56,482 bases of DNA from Candidatus Nealsonbacteria bacterium (GTDB lineage Bacteria > Patescibacteriota > Minisyncoccia > Minisyncoccales > GWA2-46-15). How positions within the stretch are numbered: position 1 is the stretch's first letter; each line of letters opens with the position of its first letter. Under the pieces are notes generated by a model. It had not been told where the DNA came from. It ran no database searches and was given only the letters and a program-made list of their open reading frames with translations. Made by a program: the position numbers and the translations under genes. The stretch spans positions 1 through 56,482 of the forward strand of contig JACQQI010000007.1 of the NCBI GenBank assembly GCA_016207115.1. The letters are read 5' to 3'. Positions 10,065-19,700 of this stretch are shown here, piece after piece.

Positions 10065-12548
10065 ATGCGCAATAAAACAAAACAAATACTTTCCGTTAGT
10101 TTGAGTATTCTCGTTTCCACGATGCTGGTGGCGGGTGCGGCCATGGCCGCCACGACCATCGGATCAAACATCGCCACGGCCGGCGACATCACCGTCAACA
10201 CCAATAAATTCGTCGTCACCGGCTCCAACGGCAACCTCAACATCGGCCCCAACGCCTTTACTGTGGCCGGTGCGACCGGTAATACCGCGACTACCGGCAC
10301 TGTTACCGTCACCTCGGCCGGCGCTTCTTCTTTGGCGGTTGGTCTGGCTGGCGCTACCAATCCAGCCTTTGTTATCGACTCTTCTACTGCTTCACAAGCG
10401 GCCGGCTTGAAGGTTACCGGCGCGGCCACGGGTGGAACAGTTGCGGTAGCAGCCATCGATTCTGGTTCCAATACCAACCTAACTATTAATGCCAAAGGCA
10501 CTGGAACAATTGGTATCGGCAGCGTTTCAACCGGAGCGGTGACAATCACTCCAGCTCTTACTCTAGGCTCTACCGTTAACAAAGTTACCATCACCGCTCC
10601 GGCGACTGCGGCGACGCTGACGATTGTTGATGGCGGTTCTTTAATTACGGCGGGTGCGTTTGCGACCACGCTGACATCGACAGCCACAACAAACGTAACA
10701 TTGCCAACCACTGGTACTTTAGCGACGCTGGCCGGTACGGAAACCCTGAGCGGTAAAACTCTGACCGCGCCGAAATTTGCCAACGCCGGCTTTATCGCTG
10801 ACGCCAACGGCAACGAACTGGTCATCTTTACGACCACGGCTTCGGCGGTTAACGAACTGACCTATGCCAATGCCGCGGCCAACGGCAACCCGACCTTCAT
10901 GGTTTCGGGCGGCGACACGGATGCAGGACTTCAGTTTACCTTAAAGGGCGCTGATCCCTTTATCGTGGCCACGAGCACGGCCAACGCCGATACTCTCCAG
11001 TTGCTACCTGCAGCCGGAGGAGCTGGAACTTTCTTTGGCCGTCTCACTTCAGCTGACCTGACCGCAAATCGAACCTGGTCACTTCCAGACACCGATCTGA
11101 CCATCACCGGTTCGACAGGAAGCGGTCTCCTTGTTCAAGCCACATCACCGACTTTAGTTACTCCGGCTTTAGGAACACCATCTGCTCTTGTTCTAACCAA
11201 TGCGACAGGACTTCCAGCCGCTTCAGTATTGGCAGGAAGCTTTGGGGCTGGCGCGTTTGTGATAAGCACTTCTCTACAATCTGCTACCTACGAACTCGGA
11301 CACGCTACCGACACCACTCTCTCAAGAGTAAGCGCCGGTTTAATAGCGGTTGAGGGTGTAAATGTTGTTGATGTGAGTACGGCTCAAACAATGAGCAATA
11401 AGACATTTGTCGCTCCAGTTCTGGGCGTAGCCTCTGCGACCTCTCTGGCCACATCCGCCGCCACCCCATTACTTCTGACAAACGGACAACTGGTTAATAT
11501 CGCTCTGACTTCTCAAACCACGGGCGCAACAACCTTAACCATTCCGGATTTCGCCGGTGTAGTTGATGAGTTCACGTTCAAGACGAAAGCCCAAACGATG
11601 AGCAACAAAACGTTTGTGGCACCGGTTTTGGGCGCAGCAAGCGCCACTTCTTTGACAACAGCGACAATCGATACTGCCGCCGCTATGACAATCGGAGGCA
11701 CGACCGCTACGGACATCGGCGTTGGTCGCACAGGGCAGACGGTTACCTTCCCGGGCAATGTTACCGTTACCGGTACCTTTAGTCCAGCAAGCATCACCTC
11801 ACTAGCCACCTTGAGTCTTACTGACGCTACCACTCCTTCCGTGACTACGGCTTCCGGCAAAACCAACACCGGTTTCTTGCAGGTTAACGGCAAAACTTCC
11901 GGCGCTCTCAAAATAACCGCAGCTGACGCAACGGCGCAGACGGTGACTGTAAGTGCTGCGGCTCAAACAGTTGGTGCGACAACACTAACTATTCCTGATT
12001 TTGCGAGTGTAAGCGATACGTTTGTGTTTACAACTCTTGCACAAACATTAAGTAATAAAACATTCGTTGCTCCAGCTTTAGGAACTCCGGCTTCAGGTGT
12101 GTTGACTAATGTAACAGGACTTCCAACAGCAGGTCTAGTTGATGGTGCTGTAACCTCTGCTAAGCTGTCCGCTGGAGCGAAAACACACACGGTTATAATT
12201 CCGGTGCCCGATCCAGGCGGAGCGGGTACTGATATCACTGCTGGCTATGTTCTTTGGACTCCTTCGGTGGCCGTAACCATCACCAAAGTTTACACAGCGG
12301 CGGAAACGGTTTGGACTGCTGCGGCGCCAGGGAATGATGCTACCGTAGTTGTAACTAACGCGGCCGTCGGTACTGTAGCTACGTTAGCTGTTCAATCAGC
12401 CCTTGGAGCAGGAACCAATACTGACATGGGTGCGATTACCAATGCCTCGGTGGTAGCGGGTACTAACGTCACGATTGCGGTGACTACAAATGGAACGGCT
12501 GATGCTCCAAGACAGAATATTCAGATAGAGTACACCACCGTTAACTAA
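10065..12548 (+). CDS. Secreted phage-tail-fibre-like repeat protein, paralogue 1
   Basis: Signal peptide 'LVSTMLVAGAAMA|ATTIG'. Four copies of '(T/A)QT(M/L)SNKTFVAP(V/A)LG' / 'ETLSGKTLTAPKF' preceded by 'TIPDFA..'. N-terminal ~340 aa align with ORF 14397-16577. Confidence 0.8.
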   Translation: MRNKTKQILSVSLSILVSTMLVAGAAMAATTIGSNIATAGDITVNTNKFVVTGSNGNLNIGPNAFTVAGATGNTATTGTVTVTSAGASSLAVGLAGATNPAFVIDSSTASQAAGLKVTGAATGGTVAVAAIDSGSNTNLTINAKGTGTIGIGSVSTGAVTITPALTLGSTVNKVTITAPATAATLTIVDGGSLITAGAFATTLTSTATTNVTLPTTGTLATLAGTETLSGKTLTAPKFANAGFIADANGNELVIFTTTASAVNELTYANAAANGNPTFMVSGGDTDAGLQFTLKGADPFIVATSTANADTLQLLPAAGGAGTFFGRLTSADLTANRTWSLPDTDLTITGSTGSGLLVQATSPTLVTPALGTPSALVLTNATGLPAASVLAGSFGAGAFVISTSLQSATYELGHATDTTLSRVSAGLIAVEGVNVVDVSTAQTMSNKTFVAPVLGVASATSLATSAATPLLLTNGQLVNIALTSQTTGATTLTIPDFAGVVDEFTFKTKAQTMSNKTFVAPVLGAASATSLTTATIDTAAAMTIGGTTATDIGVGRTGQTVTFPGNVTVTGTFSPASITSLATLSLTDATTPSVTTASGKTNTGFLQVNGKTSGALKITAADATAQTVTVSAAAQTVGATTLTIPDFASVSDTFVFTTLAQTLSNKTFVAPALGTPASGVLTNVTGLPTAGLVDGAVTSAKLSAGAKTHTVIIPVPDPGGAGTDITAGYVLWTPSVAVTITKVYTAAETVWTAAAPGNDATVVVTNAAVGTVATLAVQSALGAGTNTDMGAITNASVVAGTNVTIAVTTNGTADAPRQNIQIEYTTVN

Positions 12549-12577
12549 GCTTAACCAATCCTTAACAATTAACCATC

Positions 12578-13510
12578 ATGCCCATGAAAATTACGTTTAG
12601 GGCGAGATTGCTGACGGCATTGGTCTTGGGATTGGGCATAAGCTTAGCGGCCTCCAGTGCTTGGGCGGCCAATGACCTGACCTTTCCGGAAACCTCATAT
12701 TTTTATTTATCCGGCGTTCCGGAAACTCTAACAGTGCAGGCCGGCGGTGTGGTTGATTCTGTTACTGTCGGTACGACCACGGTGGACGTGACCTTGGGTG
12801 CGGGCGGCAGTTTGACCTTGAAATCGCCCTCCCGCTATGTCATGACCGCCTCGCCAACAGCCGTGGGCACGGGCAGTTGCGAGCCTTCAACCTATAACAT
12901 GGTTTTGGCTTCGGCCACGACCCAAACCGTAACGGTGACGGTCAGTTCCACGACCTGTTCGGCGGGCGGCGGTGGAGGCGGAGGAGGGGCGTTACCCGCT
13001 CCTTCGCCCAGCCCCAGTCCGTCTCCCAGCCCAGCGGCCAGCCCGAGTCCTTCACCGAGCCCGGGCGCTTCACCCAGCCCCTCAGTTAGTCCTTCGCCCA
13101 GTCCTTCAGCCAGCCCGAGTCCTTCGGCTAGTCCTAGTCCGACGCCTTTAGCTTTAGTGCCGATTCCCGCGGTTCCGGCCAATCCGACTACGGCTCAGAT
13201 TCAGGCGGCCATTACCGCCATCCAGAACAACATTGCCGTTCTCTTGGCCGAATTAGCCAAAATTCAGACGCCGACCGTTGGCGCTTTCAACCAAGACCTC
13301 TTCTATGGTCTCTGGAATAACGCCGACGTCAAGCGACTACAGGAGTTTCTGATCGGCAAAGGCTATCTGACCGGGAGCGCCACCGGCAACTACTACACCA
13401 AGACGGTGGAAGCAGTTAAGGCCTACCAGACGGCTAAAAACATTACTCCGATCAATGGTCGATTTGGACCGAAGACCAGAGCGGCCGTCAACCAAGACCT
13501 AGGACTCTAG
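12578..13510 (+). CDS. Secreted wall-anchored protein: signal peptide, ~110-aa beta domain, poly-Gly, PS linker, helix, C-terminal PG_binding_1
   Basis: 'LAASSAWA|AND'. 'GGGGGGGG'. 'IQAAITAIQNNIAVLLAELAKIQ'. 'LFYGLWNNADVKRLQEFLIGKGYL...AVKAYQTAKNITPINGRFGPKTRAA'. Confidence 0.8.
   Translation: MPMKITFRARLLTALVLGLGISLAASSAWAANDLTFPETSYFYLSGVPETLTVQAGGVVDSVTVGTTTVDVTLGAGGSLTLKSPSRYVMTASPTAVGTGSCEPSTYNMVLASATTQTVTVTVSSTTCSAGGGGGGGGALPAPSPSPSPSPSPAASPSPSPSPGASPSPSVSPSPSPSASPSPSASPSPTPLALVPIPAVPANPTTAQIQAAITAIQNNIAVLLAELAKIQTPTVGAFNQDLFYGLWNNADVKRLQEFLIGKGYLTGSATGNYYTKTVEAVKAYQTAKNITPINGRFGPKTRAAVNQDLGL
12995..13146 (+). repeat. Pro/Ser-rich linker (coding)
   Basis: '[51 protein letters not shown]'. 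Confidence 0.85.
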
Positions 13511-13546
13511 ACTTGCTTTCCTTGTTCATCCTTGTGGGACAGCCAA

Positions 13547-13574
13547 GGCCCGCCTCTCCGGCGGGTTTTTGGTT
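13547..13574 (+). terminator. Rho-independent terminator, left copy of a 28-nt duplicated element
   Basis: ggcccgcctctccggcgggtttttggtt. Stem cccgcc/ggcggg plus T-tract. Confidence 0.75.
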
Positions 13575-13579
13575 ATATA

Positions 13580-13607
13580 TTGACTATAACCAGCAATTTG
13601 TTAATAT
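13580..13607 (+). promoter_or_regulatory. Putative promoter of the hicBBA cassette
   Basis: TTGACT, 16 nt spacer, TAATAT. ATG at 13624 lies 16 nt downstream. Confidence 0.45.
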
Positions 13608-13623
13608 TAGAAATAGGCATAAA

Positions 13624-13812
13624 ATGAAATATCTTACCACTCTTCACAAAAGCAAATACGGTTACGATATTCACGTTCCGGCCTTGCCCGGTTGTCACAG
13701 CCAAGGAATAACCAAAAAAGAGGCGCTGGAAAATATTCGCGACGCCATTTTGACCTATTCCGGAGTTATTAAGATGTTAAAACATGAAAAGATTATCCTC
13801 AGCCAAAATTAA
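13624..13812 (+). CDS. HicB-like antitoxin (short, N-terminal domain only), copy 1
   Basis: 'YGYDIHVPALPGCHSQGITKKEALENIRDAILTY'. The ORF-track start at 13513 reads through the terminator, so ATG 13624 is used. Confidence 0.65.
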   Translation: MKYLTTLHKSKYGYDIHVPALPGCHSQGITKKEALENIRDAILTYSGVIKMLKHEKIILSQN

Positions 13813-14032
13813 AAACCGCCAGTTCCCGGTCATTGTCGAGAAAGACGAAGACGGTTTTTATGTTGTCGAATGCCCTTTGTTCAGCGGTTGTTTTACTCAA
13901 GGTAAAACCTTAGACGAAGCCCTCAAGAATATCAGAGAGGCTATAGAGCTTTGTCTGGAAGAAAAAGACAACCTGGAAATTTACCGAACCTATACTCCGA
14001 AGGAATTAAGTCTTCACACCATAACTCTTTAA
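13784..14032 (+). CDS. hicB: HicB-family antitoxin (no DNA-binding tail), copy 2
   Basis: 'FPVIVEKDEDGFYVVECPLFSGCFTQGKTLDEALKNIREAIELCLEE'. Overlaps copy 1 by 29 nt. Confidence 0.75.
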   Translation: MKRLSSAKIKNRQFPVIVEKDEDGFYVVECPLFSGCFTQGKTLDEALKNIREAIELCLEEKDNLEIYRTYTPKELSLHTITL

Positions 14033-14037
14033 TATTT

Positions 14038-14262
14038 GTGCCTAAATTACCCGTTATTACCGGAAGAAAAGCCATAGATATTTTTATAAAACTTGGCTAT
14101 CAGGTCGCCCGACAGCGGGGTAGCCATATCCGTTTGCTGCATTCTGACAAGAGGCCGCTGACAGTGCCGGATCACAAAGTTTTAGGTAAAGGACTTTTGA
14201 GGAAATTAATCAGAGAGGCTGAAATCCCGGTCGAAGAGTTCATAAGGCTTCTGAAGAAGTAA
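14038..14262 (+). CDS. hicA: HicA-family mRNA interferase toxin
   Basis: GTG start at 14038 gives '(M)PKLPVITGRKAIDIFIKLGYQVARQRGSHIRLLHSDKRPLTVPDH'. It lies 5 nt after the hicB stop. Confidence 0.8.
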   Translation: MPKLPVITGRKAIDIFIKLGYQVARQRGSHIRLLHSDKRPLTVPDHKVLGKGLLRKLIREAEIPVEEFIRLLKK

Positions 14263-14286
14263 CTTATACTTCTGTTGGTAACTAAA

Positions 14287-14314
14287 GGCCCGCCCCGCCG
14301 GCGGGTTTTTGGTT
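14287..14314 (+). terminator. Rho-independent terminator, right copy of the 28-nt duplicated element
   Basis: ggcccgccccgccggcgggtttttggtt. 26/28 identical to 13547-13574, with both differences in the loop. Confidence 0.75.
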
Positions 14315-14396
14315 TTCCACAAAGTCACGGTTGCCTTCAGAATAGATTAGAGAGATAATGATTTAACGAGCGCAAAAAAGCGTTAATTTTACAAAA

Positions 14397-16577
14397 ATGC
14401 AAAACAAAAAAACTCTCTCTCTTTTCTTGGCCATTTCCTTGACTTTAATCGCTTCCGGCGTTCTGGCTTCCACGACCATCGGCAACAACATCACCACGGG
14501 TGGAGACTTAACCATTAACTCCACCAAATTCGTGGTCACGGCCGCCTCGGGCAATACTTCTGTGGCCGGCACCCTGGGCGTGACCGGCGCCACGACTTTG
14601 ACTGGCGCCTTAACCGCCAACGGCAGCGTGACCTTAGGTGACGCCGTGGCCGACGTCATCACCGTGACCGGCACGATTGCCGGTACTACCCCTCTGACTT
14701 TTGCCGGGGGAGCGGCCGCCGGCAATATCATTTTCTCCCTGCCCAATCCGGCCTCAGACGTGACTATCACTTTTCCGAGCGCCAGCAGCACCTTAGTGAC
14801 CCTGGCGGGGAGCGAAACCTTGACCAATAAGACTTTGACTTCGCCGGTCATCGGCACCAGCGTGGTTGACACCAATGGCGCGGCCCTGCTCGGCCTGACG
14901 GCGACGGGATCGGCCGTCAATTACTTTGCCTTAGCCAATGCCGCCACCGGCAGCAGCCCGACTATTTCGGCGACGGGCACAGATACTAATATTGGACTTA
15001 ACCTGACGCTCAAGGGCACGGGCGTTTTGACCGTAGCCACCGATACGACCAACGCCGACAGAATCTCGCTTTTGCCTAAGGCGGGCGGCGGCGCGACCTT
15101 TACCGGCACCCTGACCAGCGCCGACCTAACCGGGAATCACACCTGGACGCTTCCTAACGTTGACGGCAATATTATCACTACCGGCGACAGCGGCACCGTG
15201 ACCAGCACGATGCTGGCCGGCAGCATTGATTTAACCAGCAAAGTGACCGGTGTCCTACCCGTGGCCAATGGCGGCACGGGTTTGGCCTATTTTACCGTGG
15301 CCGGTCCCAGCGCCACGCGAACCTATACTTTTCCCGATGCCGACAGCACCGTTGTGACCCTGGCGGCCAGCCAAACTCTGGCGGCGAAGACCCTGACGAC
15401 TCCAACTATTGCTGACTTTACCAACGCCGGCCACAACCACGCCAATGCCGCGGGCGGGGGACAATTAACTGACGCCGTCCTGAGCTCAGCCGTAACCGTG
15501 GCCAAGGGCGGCACGGGATTGACGGCGGGCACTTCCGGCGGCCTCCTTTACTTTTCCTCAACCAGCGCTTTAGCTTCTTCAGCTCTTCTCGCCGCTAATC
15601 AAATTATTTTGGGTGGGGGAGCTGGTACAACTCCGGCCACTCTCGGATCATTGGGCACGAGCGTCCAAGTTCTGCACGGCAATGCGGCCGGGGCGCCCAC
15701 CTGGTCGGCCGTATCTTTAACGGCGGACGTGACCGGTGTCCTACCTGTGGCCAATGGCGGAACCGGAGCGAGCTCTTTAACTGACTTAATTGCTTTGGGA
15801 ACTCAGACCACGGGCAATTACGTCGCCAGTTTAACCGCGGGTAATGGCCTAAGCGTGGGTGCGGCCGCCGAAGGCGGCACTCCCAGCGTGGCTTTGGGTT
15901 TATTGACGGCTGACTGGGCCCAGACCGCCGCTTACGACCTGAAATTAGGCAACGGCACCTTTAATAACACTTCAGCCGGCGCCGACCTTTACGTCACCGG
16001 CAACATCGAGGCCGACGGCACCTTTTACGGCAATCTAACCGGTAATGTTACGGGTAGCGTCACGGGCAATGCCGATACGGCCACGGCCTTGGCCGCCAAC
16101 CCAACGGACTGCGGTGCCAATCAGTTTGCCACGACCATCGCCGCTTCGGGCAACCTGACGTGCGCGGCTTTGACCGATGCGGACGTGCCGAATGACCTGA
16201 CCGTCTCCGGAGCGACGATTAACAACTCGATCATCGGCGGCACCACGGCCGTAGCCGGCACCTTTACCACTTTGACGGCCAAGGGCGCGACCAACTACGC
16301 TCTGGCGGCCACGGCAGATAACCTAGCCTACACCCTGGCGGTTCCGATCACCGCCCTGACCGACGGCGCTTTTGTCATCTTTAAAATGCCCAACGCCAAT
16401 TCCGGCGGTGCGGCCACTCTGAACGTCAACAGCCTGGGCGCCAAGAAAATGCTCAAGGGATCGGATAACGCCACCCAGATCAACAGCAACGACCTGATCG
16501 CCAACGGTTCTTACTTGGCGACTTACAATACCAGCCTGGACGGAGCGGCCGGCGCCTGGGTTATCCTGAACAAATAG
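14397..16577 (+). CDS. Secreted phage-tail-fibre-like repeat protein, paralogue 2
   Basis: 'LIASGVLA|STTIGNNITTGGDLTINSTKFVVT'. 'GSETLTNKTLTSPVIG'. 'VTGVLPVANGGTG' occurs twice. C-terminal 'ATLNVNSLGAKKMLKG...LIANGSYLATYNTSLDGAAGAWVILN'. Confidence 0.8.
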   Translation: MQNKKTLSLFLAISLTLIASGVLASTTIGNNITTGGDLTINSTKFVVTAASGNTSVAGTLGVTGATTLTGALTANGSVTLGDAVADVITVTGTIAGTTPLTFAGGAAAGNIIFSLPNPASDVTITFPSASSTLVTLAGSETLTNKTLTSPVIGTSVVDTNGAALLGLTATGSAVNYFALANAATGSSPTISATGTDTNIGLNLTLKGTGVLTVATDTTNADRISLLPKAGGGATFTGTLTSADLTGNHTWTLPNVDGNIITTGDSGTVTSTMLAGSIDLTSKVTGVLPVANGGTGLAYFTVAGPSATRTYTFPDADSTVVTLAASQTLAAKTLTTPTIADFTNAGHNHANAAGGGQLTDAVLSSAVTVAKGGTGLTAGTSGGLLYFSSTSALASSALLAANQIILGGGAGTTPATLGSLGTSVQVLHGNAAGAPTWSAVSLTADVTGVLPVANGGTGASSLTDLIALGTQTTGNYVASLTAGNGLSVGAAAEGGTPSVALGLLTADWAQTAAYDLKLGNGTFNNTSAGADLYVTGNIEADGTFYGNLTGNVTGSVTGNADTATALAANPTDCGANQFATTIAASGNLTCAALTDADVPNDLTVSGATINNSIIGGTTAVAGTFTTLTAKGATNYALAATADNLAYTLAVPITALTDGAFVIFKMPNANSGGAATLNVNSLGAKKMLKGSDNATQINSNDLIANGSYLATYNTSLDGAAGAWVILNK

Positions 16578-16585
16578 TTTTACCC

Positions 16586-16613
16586 TTGACCCGGTTTCTG
16601 GGCGGTTTAGAAT
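16586..16613 (+). promoter_or_regulatory. Putative sigma-70-type promoter for the giant gene
   Basis: TTGACC, 16 nt spacer, TAGAAT, starting 9 nt after the stop of the preceding gene. Confidence 0.45.
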
Positions 16614-16713
16614 GAAGTAATATGGCCAGTTCAAAAACAATGATCCGTGTTTTCGTTGATTATAGCGGGCGGAACGCCCGATATATCGTAATCGCTATAA
16701 ATAATTAATTTTG

Positions 16714-16741
16714 ACCGTGCTTGATTTGAGCGCGGTTTTTT
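16714..16741 (+). promoter_or_regulatory. Terminator-like hairpin plus T-tract, 7 nt upstream of the giant gene's ATG (possible attenuator)
   Basis: accgtgc-(9 nt)-gcgcggt followed by ttttt. One G-U pair in the stem. Confidence 0.4.
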
Positions 16742-16747
16742 AGACTC

Positions 16748-19700
16748 ATGTCCAAACAAAAAGGAGGCAGATTTTTTAAGAGAACCGTCACCGTTTTGAC
16801 GAGCCTGACGACCATTCTTTGGTCGGTTGGTTTACCCGTCTTGCCCGTGGCTTTGGCCGCGACGCCCCACATCATGATGGTTGAATACGTCAACCCGACG
16901 ACTCTTCAGGTCAGGTTTGACCAATTGATGAATGAGTCGACGATTGTGACCGGTTCTTTCACCCTAACGACGGGTGCCACCGGCGATAATTCGTCCATCA
17001 CCAGCGTCACCAACGCGACGGTGGACAGCAAGACCGTGGCGACGGTCGTGGCTTCGGGCGCCAAGATTTCTCCGGGCGCCGGGGATTTTGTCAAAGTGGC
17101 CAGCGGCGCGGAAACCAACTCGCCTAAAAACGGGACGGCCGAAGCCAACGCCGACAACGGCAATATCGGCATCGTCGCCCAGCCCGGCCAGGTGGTCATT
17201 TCCGAAGTCAAGCTGTCGGGCGCCACCGAAACCGACGAATTCATTGAAATTTACAACAAAACCAATTCGACGGTTACTATCTCCGGCTGGAAAGTGACTC
17301 GGCTGGCTCAAGACGGCACGCCGACGGATTTGGTTACTTTTGCCGACCCCACGACCCTGGCCGCCGGTAAGTTCCGGCTGATCGCGCCGACGGGCACGGC
17401 CAATGTGGACAATGCCTACACGCCTTCGGGCAACGGTCTTGACACTAACAATACCGTTATTCTTTACCGAACCGCCGGTCCTTCTTTCCGTTCCGAAGAC
17501 CTGGTTGGCTGCGGTACAGCCGTAATAAAAGAGGGGACGGCCGCCGTTTGTCCGGTTGCCAATACCAGCGGTGAGAGAAAAGCTTCGCCCACTTCGACCG
17601 CCGTGACTTTAGCGGCGGCGGGATCAGAAGTCGCTTGGGGCAATTCTTACGATACCAACAATAATAATTTTGATTTTGTCGGTCAAAGCGGCGCCGGAGT
17701 TAATCCGCAAAGTTCCGCCAGTCCGGCCGAAGTTCCGGGCGGCGGGGGCGGCGGCTACCAAAACCAGCCGCCCAACATCAATCATATGCCGGTGGGCCAG
17801 GTTATTTCCGGTCAGGATTTCATGATCATGGCCCAGATGGCCGATCCCGAAACGCCGGCCCAGGGTCTGACGGCCAATTTAATTTACAGCACCGATGGCG
17901 GCACCACGTGGCTGACCTTAGTCGGCCAGTATATGACGCAAGATTTTAAATTCATTATTCCTTCGGCCGCCACCGGATCGGGCACGGGTGTGGCTTTCAA
18001 ATACTATCTCAAGGCGACCGACGCCGACAGCAATTCAAGGTGTATGTGGAATATGGGTTTTGGCGTTTGCGGCACGGCCGACGCCACGGCTAAGGCCGGC
18101 GCCTGGACCGTCAACAGCACCAGCTCGGCCGGCATGACTAATACCGTCAAAGGAAAAGTAATGTCGGGCGCCAGCGGCATTGATAACGCCAACGTTACTC
18201 TGCGCGGCGCCGGCCTGAATTTCAACACCACTTCAGCCACCGACGGTGTGGCCGGAACTTTTACCTTCAGCAATATTCCTGCGGGTATGTTCCGGCTCGA
18301 GGCCAATGCTCCCGGATACAGCATGGGTTGGATTGATGGTGCGCTTTCTAAGCTCTCGGGAGCCGCCTACGGCGACAACACCATTAACCTGACGGCGGGC
18401 GGGGGTGGCGGCCAGGGTGGCGACACAACTTCGCCGCGGGTCATTTGGTCCGCGCCCATGGACGGCATGAATGGCGCCCCGACAAAAATTAATATCCCGG
18501 CCAGCGGTCAGTTCGAAGCGCCGATCATGATCGGTTTTTCCAAAGACATGGACGCGACGACCATCACCACCGACAACATCAAGATCTATCCGGTGACGGC
18601 TTCGGGCTTGGGCACGGCTCTGTTGGGATTGAGCGTGGCTTACCAAACCCAGAACTCCAGCGTGACCTTAACCGATCGCGGCAGCCGCGTCATTGGTTCG
18701 AGCGACTTTGGCCCCGACCGCAAGGCTCTGGTTTATTCCGCCACGCCCTTGACGGCCAATTCTCAGTACGTCATCGACTTGTCGGCTTCGGTCAAGGATG
18801 CCGCGGGCAACGTTTTGCAGGGCAATAAATCCGGCGGGGGACACTCCATTTCTTTTACCACCAGCGGGGACTTCTCCAGTTTTAACACCGGCCAGATGAC
18901 GACCGGCTTCAATACCTTTATGACTTCCGGCGGCGGCGGCGGGCAATTTACCCCGCCCTACGTCACGGGGTCGGGTCCGAACAACGGGGCCAAGAACGTG
19001 CCGACCAACGCCAAGATCGTCGTCAACTTTTCCCAGCCGATGGATTCGACCGGCATCAATGCTACCAGTTCAACCGGCACCTACGTCAAGCTCTACGACA
19101 CCAACTTCAACAATACCGGCAGCGGCCAGTACGTGACGGTCGAGTCAATTGCCCTGGACACGACCACCAAACAAATGGCGACCCTGACCGTGGGCGGCGC
19201 AGGGTTGGCCGCTAGCCACTCGAATTACGCTATCAGAGTGCTCGGCGGCGCTAAATCCGCTACCGGAGTATCCATGGCCATGCCCGACCAGGCGAATACG
19301 GTTATGTATCAGGCCGATTTCTCCACCGGTTCGACGACGGACGTCGGCGCCCCGACCGTCCTGGGAACCACTCTGCAGACTTACACGGCGGTGACGCCCT
19401 GTACTGGCGCCAATGTTTGCGTCAGCGGCGTGCCGACCAATGTCGGCACCATGGAAATTTCTTTTTCCAAAGACCTGGATGCCTCGACGATCAACTCTTC
19501 CAATATCACCCTGACGAACGGCACGACCTCGGTTTCCACCACCGTTAGCTATGACGGACTTTCCCGTTCCTTGAAGATCGCGCCGACCACGGTCTTGTAC
19601 ACGGTGACGACTTACACCTTGACCGTCGGCACCGGCGTCAAAGCCATGAACGGCACGGCTTTGGCGGCCAACTATGTCGTTTCTTTCACCACCAATTCTA

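Noticed and set aside
13513-13623. The N-terminal extension of the first HicB-like ORF as given by the ORF track (start at 13513).
   Set aside because: The extension is translated straight through the terminator hairpin and the putative promoter. The HicB-like sequence begins at the ATG at 13624.
10065-16577. A prophage remnant or a diversity-generating retroelement acting on the tail-fibre-like genes.
   Set aside because: The window has no capsid, terminase, portal, baseplate, integrase or reverse-transcriptase gene. Both proteins have cleavable signal peptides. By eye I found no template/variable repeat pair with adenine-specific differences. The internal repeats differ at all base types, mostly at synonymous sites.
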